64,000 nt of DNA. Source: a virus. Taxonomy: Duplodnaviria > Caudoviricetes. Under the pieces are notes generated by a model that was given only the letters and a program-made list of their open reading frames with translations, was not told the origin of the DNA and searched no databases. Where the stretch lies: positions 32,001 through 96,000 of the IMG/VR virus record IMGVR_UViG_3300043432_000485; one strand, given 5' to 3'. Below are positions 27,444-36,190 of the stretch, piece by piece. The translations under genes and the position numbers were made by a program. Numbering within the stretch: the first letter of the stretch is position 1; each line of letters starts with the position of its first letter.

Positions 27444-27698
27444 ATGAAGACGCTGTCTCTGATCATGGTTCTGGGACTGGTTGGCTGTGCCTCCACTGAG
27501 GTGACGTCACGCCCCATCTCTTACCCGTGGCTGTGTGAGCAGGATCACGTTGCTCATCAATGCACGCGGCTCGGCTACGAAGTCAACACCGACGAACCCG
27601 CGTTGGTGATGGCTCAGGCCCGAGACGTCTGCCCTCAGGGAGCCAAGTCCTTCACGAGCAACGAGCACACGCACAAGACCTTGATCGTCTGCAAGTAG
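27444..27698 (+). CDS. Putative lipoprotein
   Basis: AAGGAG RBS; MKTLSLIMVLGLVG-C lipobox. Confidence 0.65.
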   Translation: MKTLSLIMVLGLVGCASTEVTSRPISYPWLCEQDHVAHQCTRLGYEVNTDEPALVMAQARDVCPQGAKSFTSNEHTHKTLIVCK

Positions 27699-27701
27699 CT
27701 C

Positions 27702-28523
27702 ATGACCACCATCCTTGTCACGAAGCGGTCTGTGTGGGAGCAGTACAACCGGGAACGGGAGCTGTTCGGCAACATCAGCAAGGCTTCGTTGAAGAGGATG
27801 CATGACAGCCATCTGCGCCATCGAAGGATGGTGGACGAGGTTGCAGGGGAGCTGAAGAGACTCAAGATCAAGTACTGGCTGGTGGAGGGGGCTGACATCT
27901 CCTTCAAGACACAACCCGGGGACGAAGTCGTGTGCGTGGGAGGGGATGGCACCGTGCTATCCTCCAGCCACAACTGCGGCCCCGGGGTGGATCTCATGGC
28001 CATCAACAGTGATCCGTTGTTGAGCAAGGGCCGGCTCTGCAACGCTATCTTCGCAGACGTCCGGCACATTCTCGACAAGAAGCGCAAAGTGACTCTCATA
28101 CCTCGGATGCAGGTAGAGGTCGATGGTCAGGTAGTCAGCAAACGAGTTCTCAATGAGGCCCTGTTCAGTCATACCTGCCCAGCAGCGATGACCCGATTTT
28201 CGGAGGGGAAGACTCGTTATGCGTGCTCGGGGATGTGGGTTGGCACTGGAGCGGGATCAACCGGCGCCATCAAATCGGCTGGCGGTGAGGTGCTTCCCAT
28301 TGGATCCAAGCTACTCCAGGCAGTGATTCGAGAGCCCTTCGATCACCCGGACGGCAAAACCATCTCTACGGTTGACCACAAGTTCAAGTTCACTAGCAAG
28401 ACAGCGGACGCTACCCTCTACCTGGACGGCCCCTTCCTTCGGGTCCCAGTGGGGTTTGATCAGACCATGCGATTCACTCAGTCTCCGGAGCCACTCCGGA
28501 TGATTGGGCCAGAGCCGCAATGA
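27702..28523 (+). CDS. nadK: NAD(+) kinase family protein
   Basis: VGGDGTVL, LNE, GTGAGSTGAIKSAGG, DG motif. Confidence 0.8.
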   Translation: MTTILVTKRSVWEQYNRERELFGNISKASLKRMHDSHLRHRRMVDEVAGELKRLKIKYWLVEGADISFKTQPGDEVVCVGGDGTVLSSSHNCGPGVDLMAINSDPLLSKGRLCNAIFADVRHILDKKRKVTLIPRMQVEVDGQVVSKRVLNEALFSHTCPAAMTRFSEGKTRYACSGMWVGTGAGSTGAIKSAGGEVLPIGSKLLQAVIREPFDHPDGKTISTVDHKFKFTSKTADATLYLDGPFLRVPVGFDQTMRFTQSPEPLRMIGPEPQ

Positions 28524-28530
28524 GATCGTC

Positions 28531-29376
28531 ATGGGGATCGTTTATCTGATACGTAACCGTGAAAATGGGATGGGGTATGTAGGTCAGACCTCAAGTACCT
28601 TGGAGAAACGGTGGCGCCAGCACAAACTTCCTGGATCGGAGTGTCGGGCGATATCTGAAGCTATCCGGGACCACGGGACAGATGCTTTCGAGTGCAGCGT
28701 ATTGGAGCAAGTGAATGACCACGTTCAGCTGAAAGAACGGGAGGCCCATTGGGTAGAGGCTCTCGGCACCCTAGCCCCTAAAGGGTATAACCTGATGCTC
28801 GGATCAGTGCATTCCCCGGCGTCCCGCCGCAAGGCTTCCCAATCAATGCGTAGAGCATTGGCTGAAAAGGGCGCAACTGGGGCGCCAAGAGGGCAGTCCA
28901 CGCTAGATGCTCAGGATGTACGGGATATCTTTCGTAGATTTGATATTGGAGAGACTCAGAAGAGCGTCGCGCAGAGCTATGGGGTGGATAAATCCACGAT
29001 CAGCCACATTCTCCGAGGCACCACTTGGAGCCATCTCGGGCTGAAGCGGAAGAAACCCATCGTCAGGGCACTCACAGCGCTCCAACTGGCGGCAATAAGC
29101 AAGCTTTACAACCAGGGCCTGACCTACTCTCAGATCTCCAAAGAAGTGGGGCGCCCTCTTGGTACCATCAAAAAGGCATTGAAAAGGGCTAGGCGGGGCG
29201 GGATCACAACGCACAAACCAGTTCCACAATGGTGGGTTCAGATCAAGGCACTGTATGAAAGAGGCCTGACATACGCTCAGGTAGGAGAGAAGCTAGGTAA
29301 GTCCGAGCCAGCCGTGGCCCAAGCAGCAAAGCGGCTCGGGGTCGTGAGTCGCCCACCCGGGACTCGGTGTAAGTGA
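28531..29376 (+). mobile_element. GIY-YIG homing endonuclease with HTH/NUMOD-like tail
   Basis: GIVYLIRN..NG.GYVGQT...RW.QH...E..W....PKGYN. Confidence 0.85.
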
Positions 29377-29927
29377 GGCCCATGGACTTGTGGGCCATCT
29401 ATCAAAAGTGCTGGGTCAGAGCCAACGCCTCTCTGTACTACTACGACACGTTGCAGGATCGCTACGACGCAAAGCAGATGTGGCTCGACGGCTTGACTAC
29501 GGTTGTCGTAAGCGGCCTTAGCGTTGAGCTTCTGCTTGAAGCCTGCAGTTTGCTGCCCATCCTCACTTTGTTGTTGAGGTTCACTTGGTCCGCTTTCGGA
29601 CTTGGGCTTGTCATCATGAACATGCAGCTGGCACCTGGACGTAGAGCCGAGAGATGCCAGGTTCTGTCTAATCACTGGAGGAGAAGGTTCGAGTTCTGGG
29701 ACCGCCTGGATCTGAGCACTACCTCTATAGAAATACTACAACAGGCCCAAAAAGAAGACTGGGACTACGATAACCCGAGAATTTCAACCAATGACAAACT
29801 ACTCAAAAGATCAACCGTCGAAGCCACGCACAGATTCGAATGTGGGTCCAGCAACGGACATACCCCGAGTTCTTCCGCCGCCTCCGCCTCCGCCTCCGCC
29901 TCCTCCGCTGAAGAGGTGAGCCCATGA
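29373..29927 (+). CDS. Two-TM membrane protein
   Basis: Two hydrophobic helices; Ala/Ser tail from a CCGCCT microsatellite. Confidence 0.5.
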   Translation: MRPMDLWAIYQKCWVRANASLYYYDTLQDRYDAKQMWLDGLTTVVVSGLSVELLLEACSLLPILTLLLRFTWSAFGLGLVIMNMQLAPGRRAERCQVLSNHWRRRFEFWDRLDLSTTSIEILQQAQKEDWDYDNPRISTNDKLLKRSTVEATHRFECGSSNGHTPSSSAASASASASSAEEVSP

Positions 29928-30589
29928 TCCCGACTAACATCCAGGCTGCCATCGACGCATGCGAGTTCACACTAGGGTCGGACGAGTGCGGACTCGGAAG
30001 CTGGGCCGGTCCCCTCTGCGTATGTGCGGCAGTCACGCCCAGGGATTGGAAGTACCCAGGGGTGATGGACTCAAAGCAGCTCACGCGAGCCGCCCGAGAG
30101 AAGGTCTACCCGAAGTTGATCGAGGAGGTCACCTTCTACTACGTTCAAATCGAACCCCAGGAGATCGATTCTCTGGGAGTGGGGGCAGCGCTGAGGCAGG
30201 GGCACATGCTGGCCACTCTAGCGGCTATCAGGAGCCACCAAGAGAAGGGCCACACCGATACCCCATGTTGCATTGTGGATGGCACCAAGCCTGTGCCAAT
30301 GCCTCCTGGATACCCGGTGATCTTGACACTACCCAAAGCGGATGCTCTGATCCCGGCTGTGAGCGCGGCCAGCATCATCGCCAAAGTCCGACATGATTGG
30401 GAGATGGATGAGCTGGATCGAAAGTACCCAGGATACTCCCTAAGCAAGGGAGCCGGATATGGGACAGCCGCCCATCAGGAAGGACTGAAGAAGTTGGGTT
30501 GCAGCCCCGCTCACCGTATGAGCTACGCCCCCATGAAGGACATGCTCAAGAATGCGGAGTCAGACATCTTCGCAGGCATGGAGGAGTGA
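29924..30589 (+). CDS. rnhB: Ribonuclease HII
   Basis: GSDECGLGSWAGP, DSKQL, VDG, KADA..PAVSAASIIAKV, GYGT..H. Confidence 0.88.
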   Translation: MIPTNIQAAIDACEFTLGSDECGLGSWAGPLCVCAAVTPRDWKYPGVMDSKQLTRAAREKVYPKLIEEVTFYYVQIEPQEIDSLGVGAALRQGHMLATLAAIRSHQEKGHTDTPCCIVDGTKPVPMPPGYPVILTLPKADALIPAVSAASIIAKVRHDWEMDELDRKYPGYSLSKGAGYGTAAHQEGLKKLGCSPAHRMSYAPMKDMLKNAESDIFAGMEE

Positions 30590-31287
30590 TGAGGACCCTC
30601 CCCGGAAAAATCACCCTCACTGAGTTCATCTTGGAGGCAGCCAATCGGCTGTCAAATCCTAACCCCCAGTTGAAGACTCTGTTACATACTGCTCTAGAGA
30701 CGTCAGATCCGAGAAGCTGGCGCGAGGTGCTGAACCACGTTTTGTGCTGCAAGAATGCCTCGGATGCCGCCCTGGAAGATGAATATTGGGTACCGTCTTA
30801 CATCCCAGGTTTTGATGTCTCTAATCTTGGTCGCGTGAGATCACATGTGTGGTGGAGATCCGGAAAAACTAGACCAGATCGTTCGTATCTCCCCAAGTTG
30901 CGCCACCCCACTAGGAATAAGGATGGGCATCTGTGTTTGGGGGTTCACGTGGAGGGAGTTCACAGCTCTCATTTCGTCCACACTCTGGTTTGCACAGCCT
31001 TTCATGGGCCAAGACCTGATCCTGAATTGGTATGCAGGCATCTCGACGGCAATCCAGAGAACAATAAGCCAGGGAACCTCGCTTGGGGCACATCCGAAGA
31101 GAACGTCGCAGACGCTATTCGTCATGGGCGCCGCAGGTCAGGAGCCGCGAGTAGTTGTGCAGCACTGACTGAAGGTGATGTGGCTTACATCTTGTCTAGC
31201 TCAGCTACTGGAACGGCTCTGTCAGAAGAACTGGGAGTCTCTCAGGCCACCGTGAGTCGAGTCAGGAGTGGAGTCCGTTATGGCTAA
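30589..31287 (+). mobile_element. NUMOD4/HNH homing endonuclease
   Basis: VSNLGRVRS; VH.LVCTAFHG; CRHLDGNPENNKPGNLAWGT..EN. Confidence 0.85.
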
Positions 31288-32143
31288 GCCCATGACCAAA
31301 TGGGTTGGCGGGAAGACTCAACTCCTCCCCGATCTAATACGTCTTATTCCAGCCACTAAGGGAACCTACTATGAGCCTTTTGTTGGAGGCGGGGCTGTCT
31401 TTTGGAGACTTCAAGAGCTGGGCCGATTCGGTCGTGCAGTCCTGAACGACGTCAACCCCGAAGTGATCAACACCTATATGATGGTCCGAGATCAGCTGCC
31501 TGGTCTGATCGAGCGCCTTGATCTGGTGCTGGGTCTACCGTGGAACACGTCTGAGTACTTCTACGAAGTGCGCGCCAGCAAGCCGTCGCAACCGATCGAT
31601 CGCGCGGTCCGGTTCCTCTACCTGCTCAAGACGTGCTTCAATGGGCTCTATCGCATCAACCGCAAAGGCGAGTTCAACACGCCGTTCGGAAAGTACACGA
31701 ACCCCAAGCTCTACAGCGCAACCGAGTTGCAAGCCTGCTCGGTTGCGCTGCAAGGTGTCGAGCTGCGGGTCGGTAACTTCCGTGATGCGGTGAGCGACGT
31801 CCAAGCCGGGGACGTCGTGTACTTTGACCCGCCTTACGTGCCACTATCCTCAACAGCAAACTTCACCGCGTACGCTGGCCAGTTCGGTCCGCAAGAACAG
31901 CAGGAGCTGGCTGACACGTTCCGCGCGTTAGTCGCCCGAGGAGTGGTGTGTGTACAATCCAACTCAGATGCCCCGTTGGTCCGTGAGCTGTACAGTGACT
32001 TTCAGCTGAACGTGGTGGGCGCCCGCCGGTCCGTGAATGCAAATGGGGATAAGCGTGGAAAAATCAATGAATTAGTCGTTGTTGGGCTTCCGGTTGGATT
32101 TCAACCACCCGATATTACTACTGTTTTTGACTTGTTTGACTAA
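31280..32143 (+). CDS. dam: DNA adenine methyltransferase (D12 class, Dam-like)
   Basis: KWVGGKTQL, YYEPFVGGGAV, FNGLYRIN..GEFNTPFG, YFDPPY. Confidence 0.88.
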   Translation: MAKPMTKWVGGKTQLLPDLIRLIPATKGTYYEPFVGGGAVFWRLQELGRFGRAVLNDVNPEVINTYMMVRDQLPGLIERLDLVLGLPWNTSEYFYEVRASKPSQPIDRAVRFLYLLKTCFNGLYRINRKGEFNTPFGKYTNPKLYSATELQACSVALQGVELRVGNFRDAVSDVQAGDVVYFDPPYVPLSSTANFTAYAGQFGPQEQQELADTFRALVARGVVCVQSNSDAPLVRELYSDFQLNVVGARRSVNANGDKRGKINELVVVGLPVGFQPPDITTVFDLFD

Positions 32144-32196
32144 GCTTTCTATGGGCTGGCTCATAGTGTCTCTCTGAGACAGGAGTTACATCAATC

Positions 32197-32445
32197 ATGC
32201 GCGTTGGACATTTGGAACGTGACGTGGACTGTTCTGGCGTAAGCGGCACAGGCCGCGTAGCCGAGTTGGTCCGCTTCTCTGATGGTTCAGTGGCGATTCA
32301 CTGGATGAGTGAACATCCATGCACTACCGTCTACAACAATCTGGAAGATCTGATTTACGTGCACGGTCACGGAGGAGCGACGCGAGTGGTTTGGGACGTT
32401 CAAGAAATTGAACCCAACGCCAAGGAATCTGTCGAAGCTCACTGA
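32197..32445 (+). CDS. Conserved phage hypothetical protein (D.SGVSGTG.VAE...FSDG..A..W)
   Basis: AGGAG RBS; recurring phage motif. Confidence 0.7.
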   Translation: MRVGHLERDVDCSGVSGTGRVAELVRFSDGSVAIHWMSEHPCTTVYNNLEDLIYVHGHGGATRVVWDVQEIEPNAKESVEAH

Positions 32446-32467
32446 GCCATCGGTGTAGGTAGGGGGA

Positions 32468-33355
32468 ATGAAACCCTACCTAGATCTGCTGAGAACCGCA
32501 CTGAATGGACGCGAACGAACCGACCGTACTGGAGTCGGTACCGTTGGCGTGTTCGGGTATCAGCTACGTGTGAACTTGGCCGATGGGTTCCCCCTGTTGA
32601 CGACCAAGAAGATGTTCACCAAGGGCATCATTCACGAGCTGCTGTGGTTCATCAGCGGTGACACCCAAGTCAAATACCTGCAGGACAACGGGGTCAAGAT
32701 CTGGGACGAATGGGCGACCGCAGAGCAATGCGCTCGCTTCAATCGTCTTCCGGGTGATCTTGGACCCGTCTATGGTTGGGCATGGCGGAGGTTCGGCGCG
32801 GCCCCCAACACAGAGCGCTTCTTCGATGCTCAAGGGGAGCTGCGCCAAGGCCCAGGCTATGTTACGGAAGGCTCACGCGCTGGCGTTGATCAGTTGGCTC
32901 GCGTGGTTGAGGACATCAAGCGCACTCCCGATAGCCGCCGGTTGATCGTGAGCGGCTGGCATCCAGAGTACGCGACCAAAGTCGCTCTTCCGCCGTGCCA
33001 CACGCTGTTTCAGTTCTACGTGCAAGACGGCGAGCTTAGCTGCCAGCTCTATCAGCGCTCAGCGGACATCTTCCTGGGCGTGCCGTTCAACATCGCGAGC
33101 TACGCTCTCTTGACAATGATGATCGCTCAGGTCACAGGACTCAAGCCCGGTGAGTTCATCCACACGTTTGGGGATGCTCATGTGTACAAGAACCACTTGA
33201 AGCAAGCTGAAGAGCAGCTCTCCAGGGATGCACGCCCGCTTCCCACCATGACCCTCAACCCAGACGTCAAGAGCCTCTTCGATTTCCGGTATGAGGACTT
33301 CAAACTCTCCGGGTACGATCCTCACCCAGCCATCAAAGCAGAGATCGCAGTATGA
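32468..33355 (+). CDS. thyA: Thymidylate synthase
   Basis: [41 protein letters not shown]. Confidence 0.95.
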   Translation: MKPYLDLLRTALNGRERTDRTGVGTVGVFGYQLRVNLADGFPLLTTKKMFTKGIIHELLWFISGDTQVKYLQDNGVKIWDEWATAEQCARFNRLPGDLGPVYGWAWRRFGAAPNTERFFDAQGELRQGPGYVTEGSRAGVDQLARVVEDIKRTPDSRRLIVSGWHPEYATKVALPPCHTLFQFYVQDGELSCQLYQRSADIFLGVPFNIASYALLTMMIAQVTGLKPGEFIHTFGDAHVYKNHLKQAEEQLSRDARPLPTMTLNPDVKSLFDFRYEDFKLSGYDPHPAIKAEIAV

Positions 33356-33392
33356 CCTGGGGGTTCAATGATACCGAGCCCCGGGGAGAACC

Positions 33393-33536
33393 GTGGCCTC
33401 TCGAAGTATCCTAAAGATCCTAGAAGGGTTGCAGAAGAAGCGGGATAGGGATGATGACCTGGATCAGGCAATTGGAGCCGCGATAGCGGTTGGTCTGGTG
33501 GCCCTCGTATACATATGGCTATTCGTCACAAGATAG
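33393..33536 (+). CDS. Small single-TM protein
   Basis: Read manually: GGAG RBS, GTG start, ...IGAAIAVGLVALVYIWLFVTR*. Confidence 0.45.
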   Translation: MASRSILKILEGLQKKRDRDDDLDQAIGAAIAVGLVALVYIWLFVTR

Positions 33537-33544
33537 GAAACAGC

Positions 33545-34030
33545 ATGAAGACAGAATCAGAAGCCCGTTGGGACAAGAAGTTCATGGACCTAGCCCTACA
33601 CATCAGCAGTTGGAGCAAGGATCGCTCCAGGAAAGTTGGTTGCGTGGTCGTAGGCCCGGACCATGAAGTACGGTCCATAGGTTACTCTGGGTTCCCACGT
33701 GGAGTCGACGATACCAAAGAGGAGCGCCACCAGCGCCCTGCAAAGTATGGTTGGACAGAGCATGCTGAACGCAATGCATTCTACAATGCGGCCCGCACAG
33801 GTACGTCCGTTTCCGGATGCACCATCTACATCCCCTGGTACCCATGTATCGATTGTGCCAGGGGTATAGTGCAAAGCGGCATCTCTCGCATGGTGGTCAC
33901 CGAGCCCAACTGGAATGACTCCATATGGGGGGACCAGTTCAAGATGGTCCGAGAAATGTTCGATGAGATCGGGCCTGGGGTCGTACAGGTGGACTTCGTG
34001 GATGGGCCGTCCATGGGTGACGCAAAATGA
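33545..34030 (+). CDS. dctD: dCMP deaminase
   Basis: SKDRSRKVGCVVV, GYSGFPRG, HAERNA, PCIDC. Confidence 0.88.
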   Translation: MKTESEARWDKKFMDLALHISSWSKDRSRKVGCVVVGPDHEVRSIGYSGFPRGVDDTKEERHQRPAKYGWTEHAERNAFYNAARTGTSVSGCTIYIPWYPCIDCARGIVQSGISRMVVTEPNWNDSIWGDQFKMVREMFDEIGPGVVQVDFVDGPSMGDAK

Positions 34031-34488
34031 ACCTCACCCTCGTAGCAGCGATGACCCCGTCTCGTGTGATCGGACTCAACGGGGGCATCCCGTGGCATCT
34101 CCCGGAAGACATGAAGCACTTCCGGGCTGTCACCACCGGGCATCCCATCATCATGGGGCGCAAGACCTTTGATTCTATCGGCAAGCCTCTGCCCAAGCGT
34201 CGCAACATTGTGATCAGCCGAGACGCAAGCTTGAAGATCGAGGGGACCGAGGTCGTGGGAGACTTGCTATCCGCCCTCAATCTCACCAGGGAAGAGTCCC
34301 CGAGGATCATTGGAGGAGCGCAGATCTATGCCCTGGCCATGCCTATAGCCACCGAGATGATCCTCACCCTGCTCAAAGCAGAACACGAGGGGGACACATT
34401 CTTCCCGAAGTGGGACGCCGGGGAATGGACCCAGGTCGCATCTACCGAGACTGAAGCAGCCCACTACATCACGTATCAGAGGACGTGA
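34027..34488 (+). CDS. folA: Dihydrofolate reductase
   Basis: VIG..GGIPWHLPEDMKHF, IMGRKTF.SIGKPLP.RRNIV, IIGGAQIY, GDTFFP. Confidence 0.93.
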   Translation: MNLTLVAAMTPSRVIGLNGGIPWHLPEDMKHFRAVTTGHPIIMGRKTFDSIGKPLPKRRNIVISRDASLKIEGTEVVGDLLSALNLTREESPRIIGGAQIYALAMPIATEMILTLLKAEHEGDTFFPKWDAGEWTQVASTETEAAHYITYQRT

Positions 34489-34887
34489 ATGAAACCCCAC
34501 CTTCATGCCAAGAACTCCGCCAAGAAGTATGGCGGAGTTCCTGAGGACTACCAAGAGGTGCACGACTTCTTCGACAGCTCCAAGGCAGCTGTTCCGGACG
34601 TTCGGCACAGGGCGATCCTCCATAGTGCCTTCGGGATCTTCCTCCTGGAGAGGGTGTTCGGTATCACGATCACCAACTCAGAGGGCAAGAAGGTATCGGT
34701 CCGAGACCTAGGCGAGGATCACGTATTGGAGGATCTCGGGTTCATCCCCACCATGGAACGCTGGCTCAAGAACATGCCAATCGAGGGTTGGATGGGTGGG
34801 GCGCGACGCAAGCAAGTTCACCGTTTTGAGGCCTACACGAAAGAGGAACAAGATGACAACGCAAACGACGCTCAAAGAGTTGACTGA
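34489..34887 (+). CDS. DUF6915-like protein
   Basis: HA..SAKK.GG..EDY..VHDF.DSSK...D.RHRA.LH..FG...E.HV.EDLG.IP. Confidence 0.7.
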   Translation: MKPHLHAKNSAKKYGGVPEDYQEVHDFFDSSKAAVPDVRHRAILHSAFGIFLLERVFGITITNSEGKKVSVRDLGEDHVLEDLGFIPTMERWLKNMPIEGWMGGARRKQVHRFEAYTKEEQDDNANDAQRVD

Positions 34888-35302
34888 TCAGTTGGAAGCC
34901 CTTCGGGCGCGGTTCGCCGTAGAAGGTAAGGCAGCCGTCCATGAGTCCCTGAAGGACCTGTTTCAGAAGCACCCGTTGCTCAGTGAGATCCATTGGACTC
35001 AGTACACACCATGGTTCAATGACGGGGAGCCTTGCGTATTCCACACGCATGACATCGACTACACGTTTGATGGCACCGAGTATGAGTCGTACGATGACCC
35101 CGGCAAGAAGTGGGATCGCGTGGGTCAAAAGTACGTGTCCGTTCAAGTCCCCGCTCCGCTGGCCGACGCCTACCGGGCTGTCAAAGAGTTGCACGATCAG
35201 TTCTCGTCCGCCGAAGAGGTCATGCAACAAGTGTTCGGGGATCACGTCAAGGTGACAGCCACCAAGGACGGTATCTCAGTCGATGAGTACGAGCACGACT
35301 GA
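34853..35302 (+). CDS. Conserved phage protein partnering the DUF6915-like gene
   Basis: WTQYTPWFNDGEPCVF...FGDHVKV. Confidence 0.7.
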   Translation: MTTQTTLKELTDQLEALRARFAVEGKAAVHESLKDLFQKHPLLSEIHWTQYTPWFNDGEPCVFHTHDIDYTFDGTEYESYDDPGKKWDRVGQKYVSVQVPAPLADAYRAVKELHDQFSSAEEVMQQVFGDHVKVTATKDGISVDEYEHD

Positions 35303-35305
35303 ACT

Positions 35306-36190
35306 TCAGACCTGGAGCCACGTGGAACGATGCATCCATGGCTCCAGGGCATGCAAGAAGATCCCGACCGCCTTACGCCATTTCTCCTGATTGTGCTTGG
35401 CCAAGACCTCGAACAGTCCTTGGCCAAGCATCGAGAACTCGGGGGTGAGAGCACGGGGAATTACGACCTTCCTCTTCGCTCCCCTCGTGTAGAGCGCCAG
35501 TAACTCCGGGAGTCGTTTTTGAATGTCGTCTCGGGTGGCCGGAGCATCTTCTAGATCAGGATCTCCGGTCCGTTCGTATTCCAAGGCCATGTCCCGGATG
35601 TGCCGGAGCTTGTTCTCCCACTTGCGGATCTCATCCTTGAGCACAGTGTAGAACTCGACGTCATCCAGTCGGTGCCGAGTGAACTTGTCCCCCCTGGCAT
35701 TCTGATCGACCTCATCCAGCATACGAGCTGGAGGGACACCGGGTTTTGCCGGCACCCCCGCCGCGTCCAGGACTTCGCCCATGAAATGTTGGGTCCAGTG
35801 AGTCAGCTCATGCTCGACTGTTTCCACGTCAGGCCCGGATGAAAGGACTGTTGGGAACAGCTCGATCAACCTAGTCCCATGGTTGCGACCACCGACGGCT
35901 TGGGATTTGGGTTTGAACTGGACCTTCACAGTCAAGGAGACCGGTAGGACTGAGTCCAAAGCTTCCTTCAGACTAGACATGCGAGGATAGTACCGCCACC
36001 CTTGCAAGGTATGATCGGTGACCTCGAATGTCTTAGAGACAACGTTCTTGGGCTTCTTGGCCCCTTTTCTCTCGGCCCACACGCCAGTGAGCCAATCGAG
36101 GATGTCCTGTAGCAAGAGAGGCGGGACCGCCACTAGTCCGGCATGTCTCAGGAACCTGTCCAGCACAACCTGGGAAGAGACCGTGTCCAT
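35306..36190 (-). CDS. Zincin-like (HELTH) protein with N-terminal shared motif
   Basis: EHELTHWTQ...DVEF; N-term SSQVVLDRF. Confidence 0.6.
   Translation of the reverse strand: MDTVSSQVVLDRFLRHAGLVAVPPLLLQDILDWLTGVWAERKGAKKPKNVVSKTFEVTDHTLQGWRYYPRMSSLKEALDSVLPVSLTVKVQFKPKSQAVGGRNHGTRLIELFPTVLSSGPDVETVEHELTHWTQHFMGEVLDAAGVPAKPGVPPARMLDEVDQNARGDKFTRHRLDDVEFYTVLKDEIRKWENKLRHIRDMALEYERTGDPDLEDAPATRDDIQKRLPELLALYTRGAKRKVVIPRALTPEFSMLGQGLFEVLAKHNQEKWRKAVGIFLHALEPWMHRSTWLQV

Noticed and set aside
33534-33548. TAG followed three codons later by a TGA overlapping the dCMP deaminase ATG
   Set aside because: Only three extra codons, which also form the RBS region; expected by chance.
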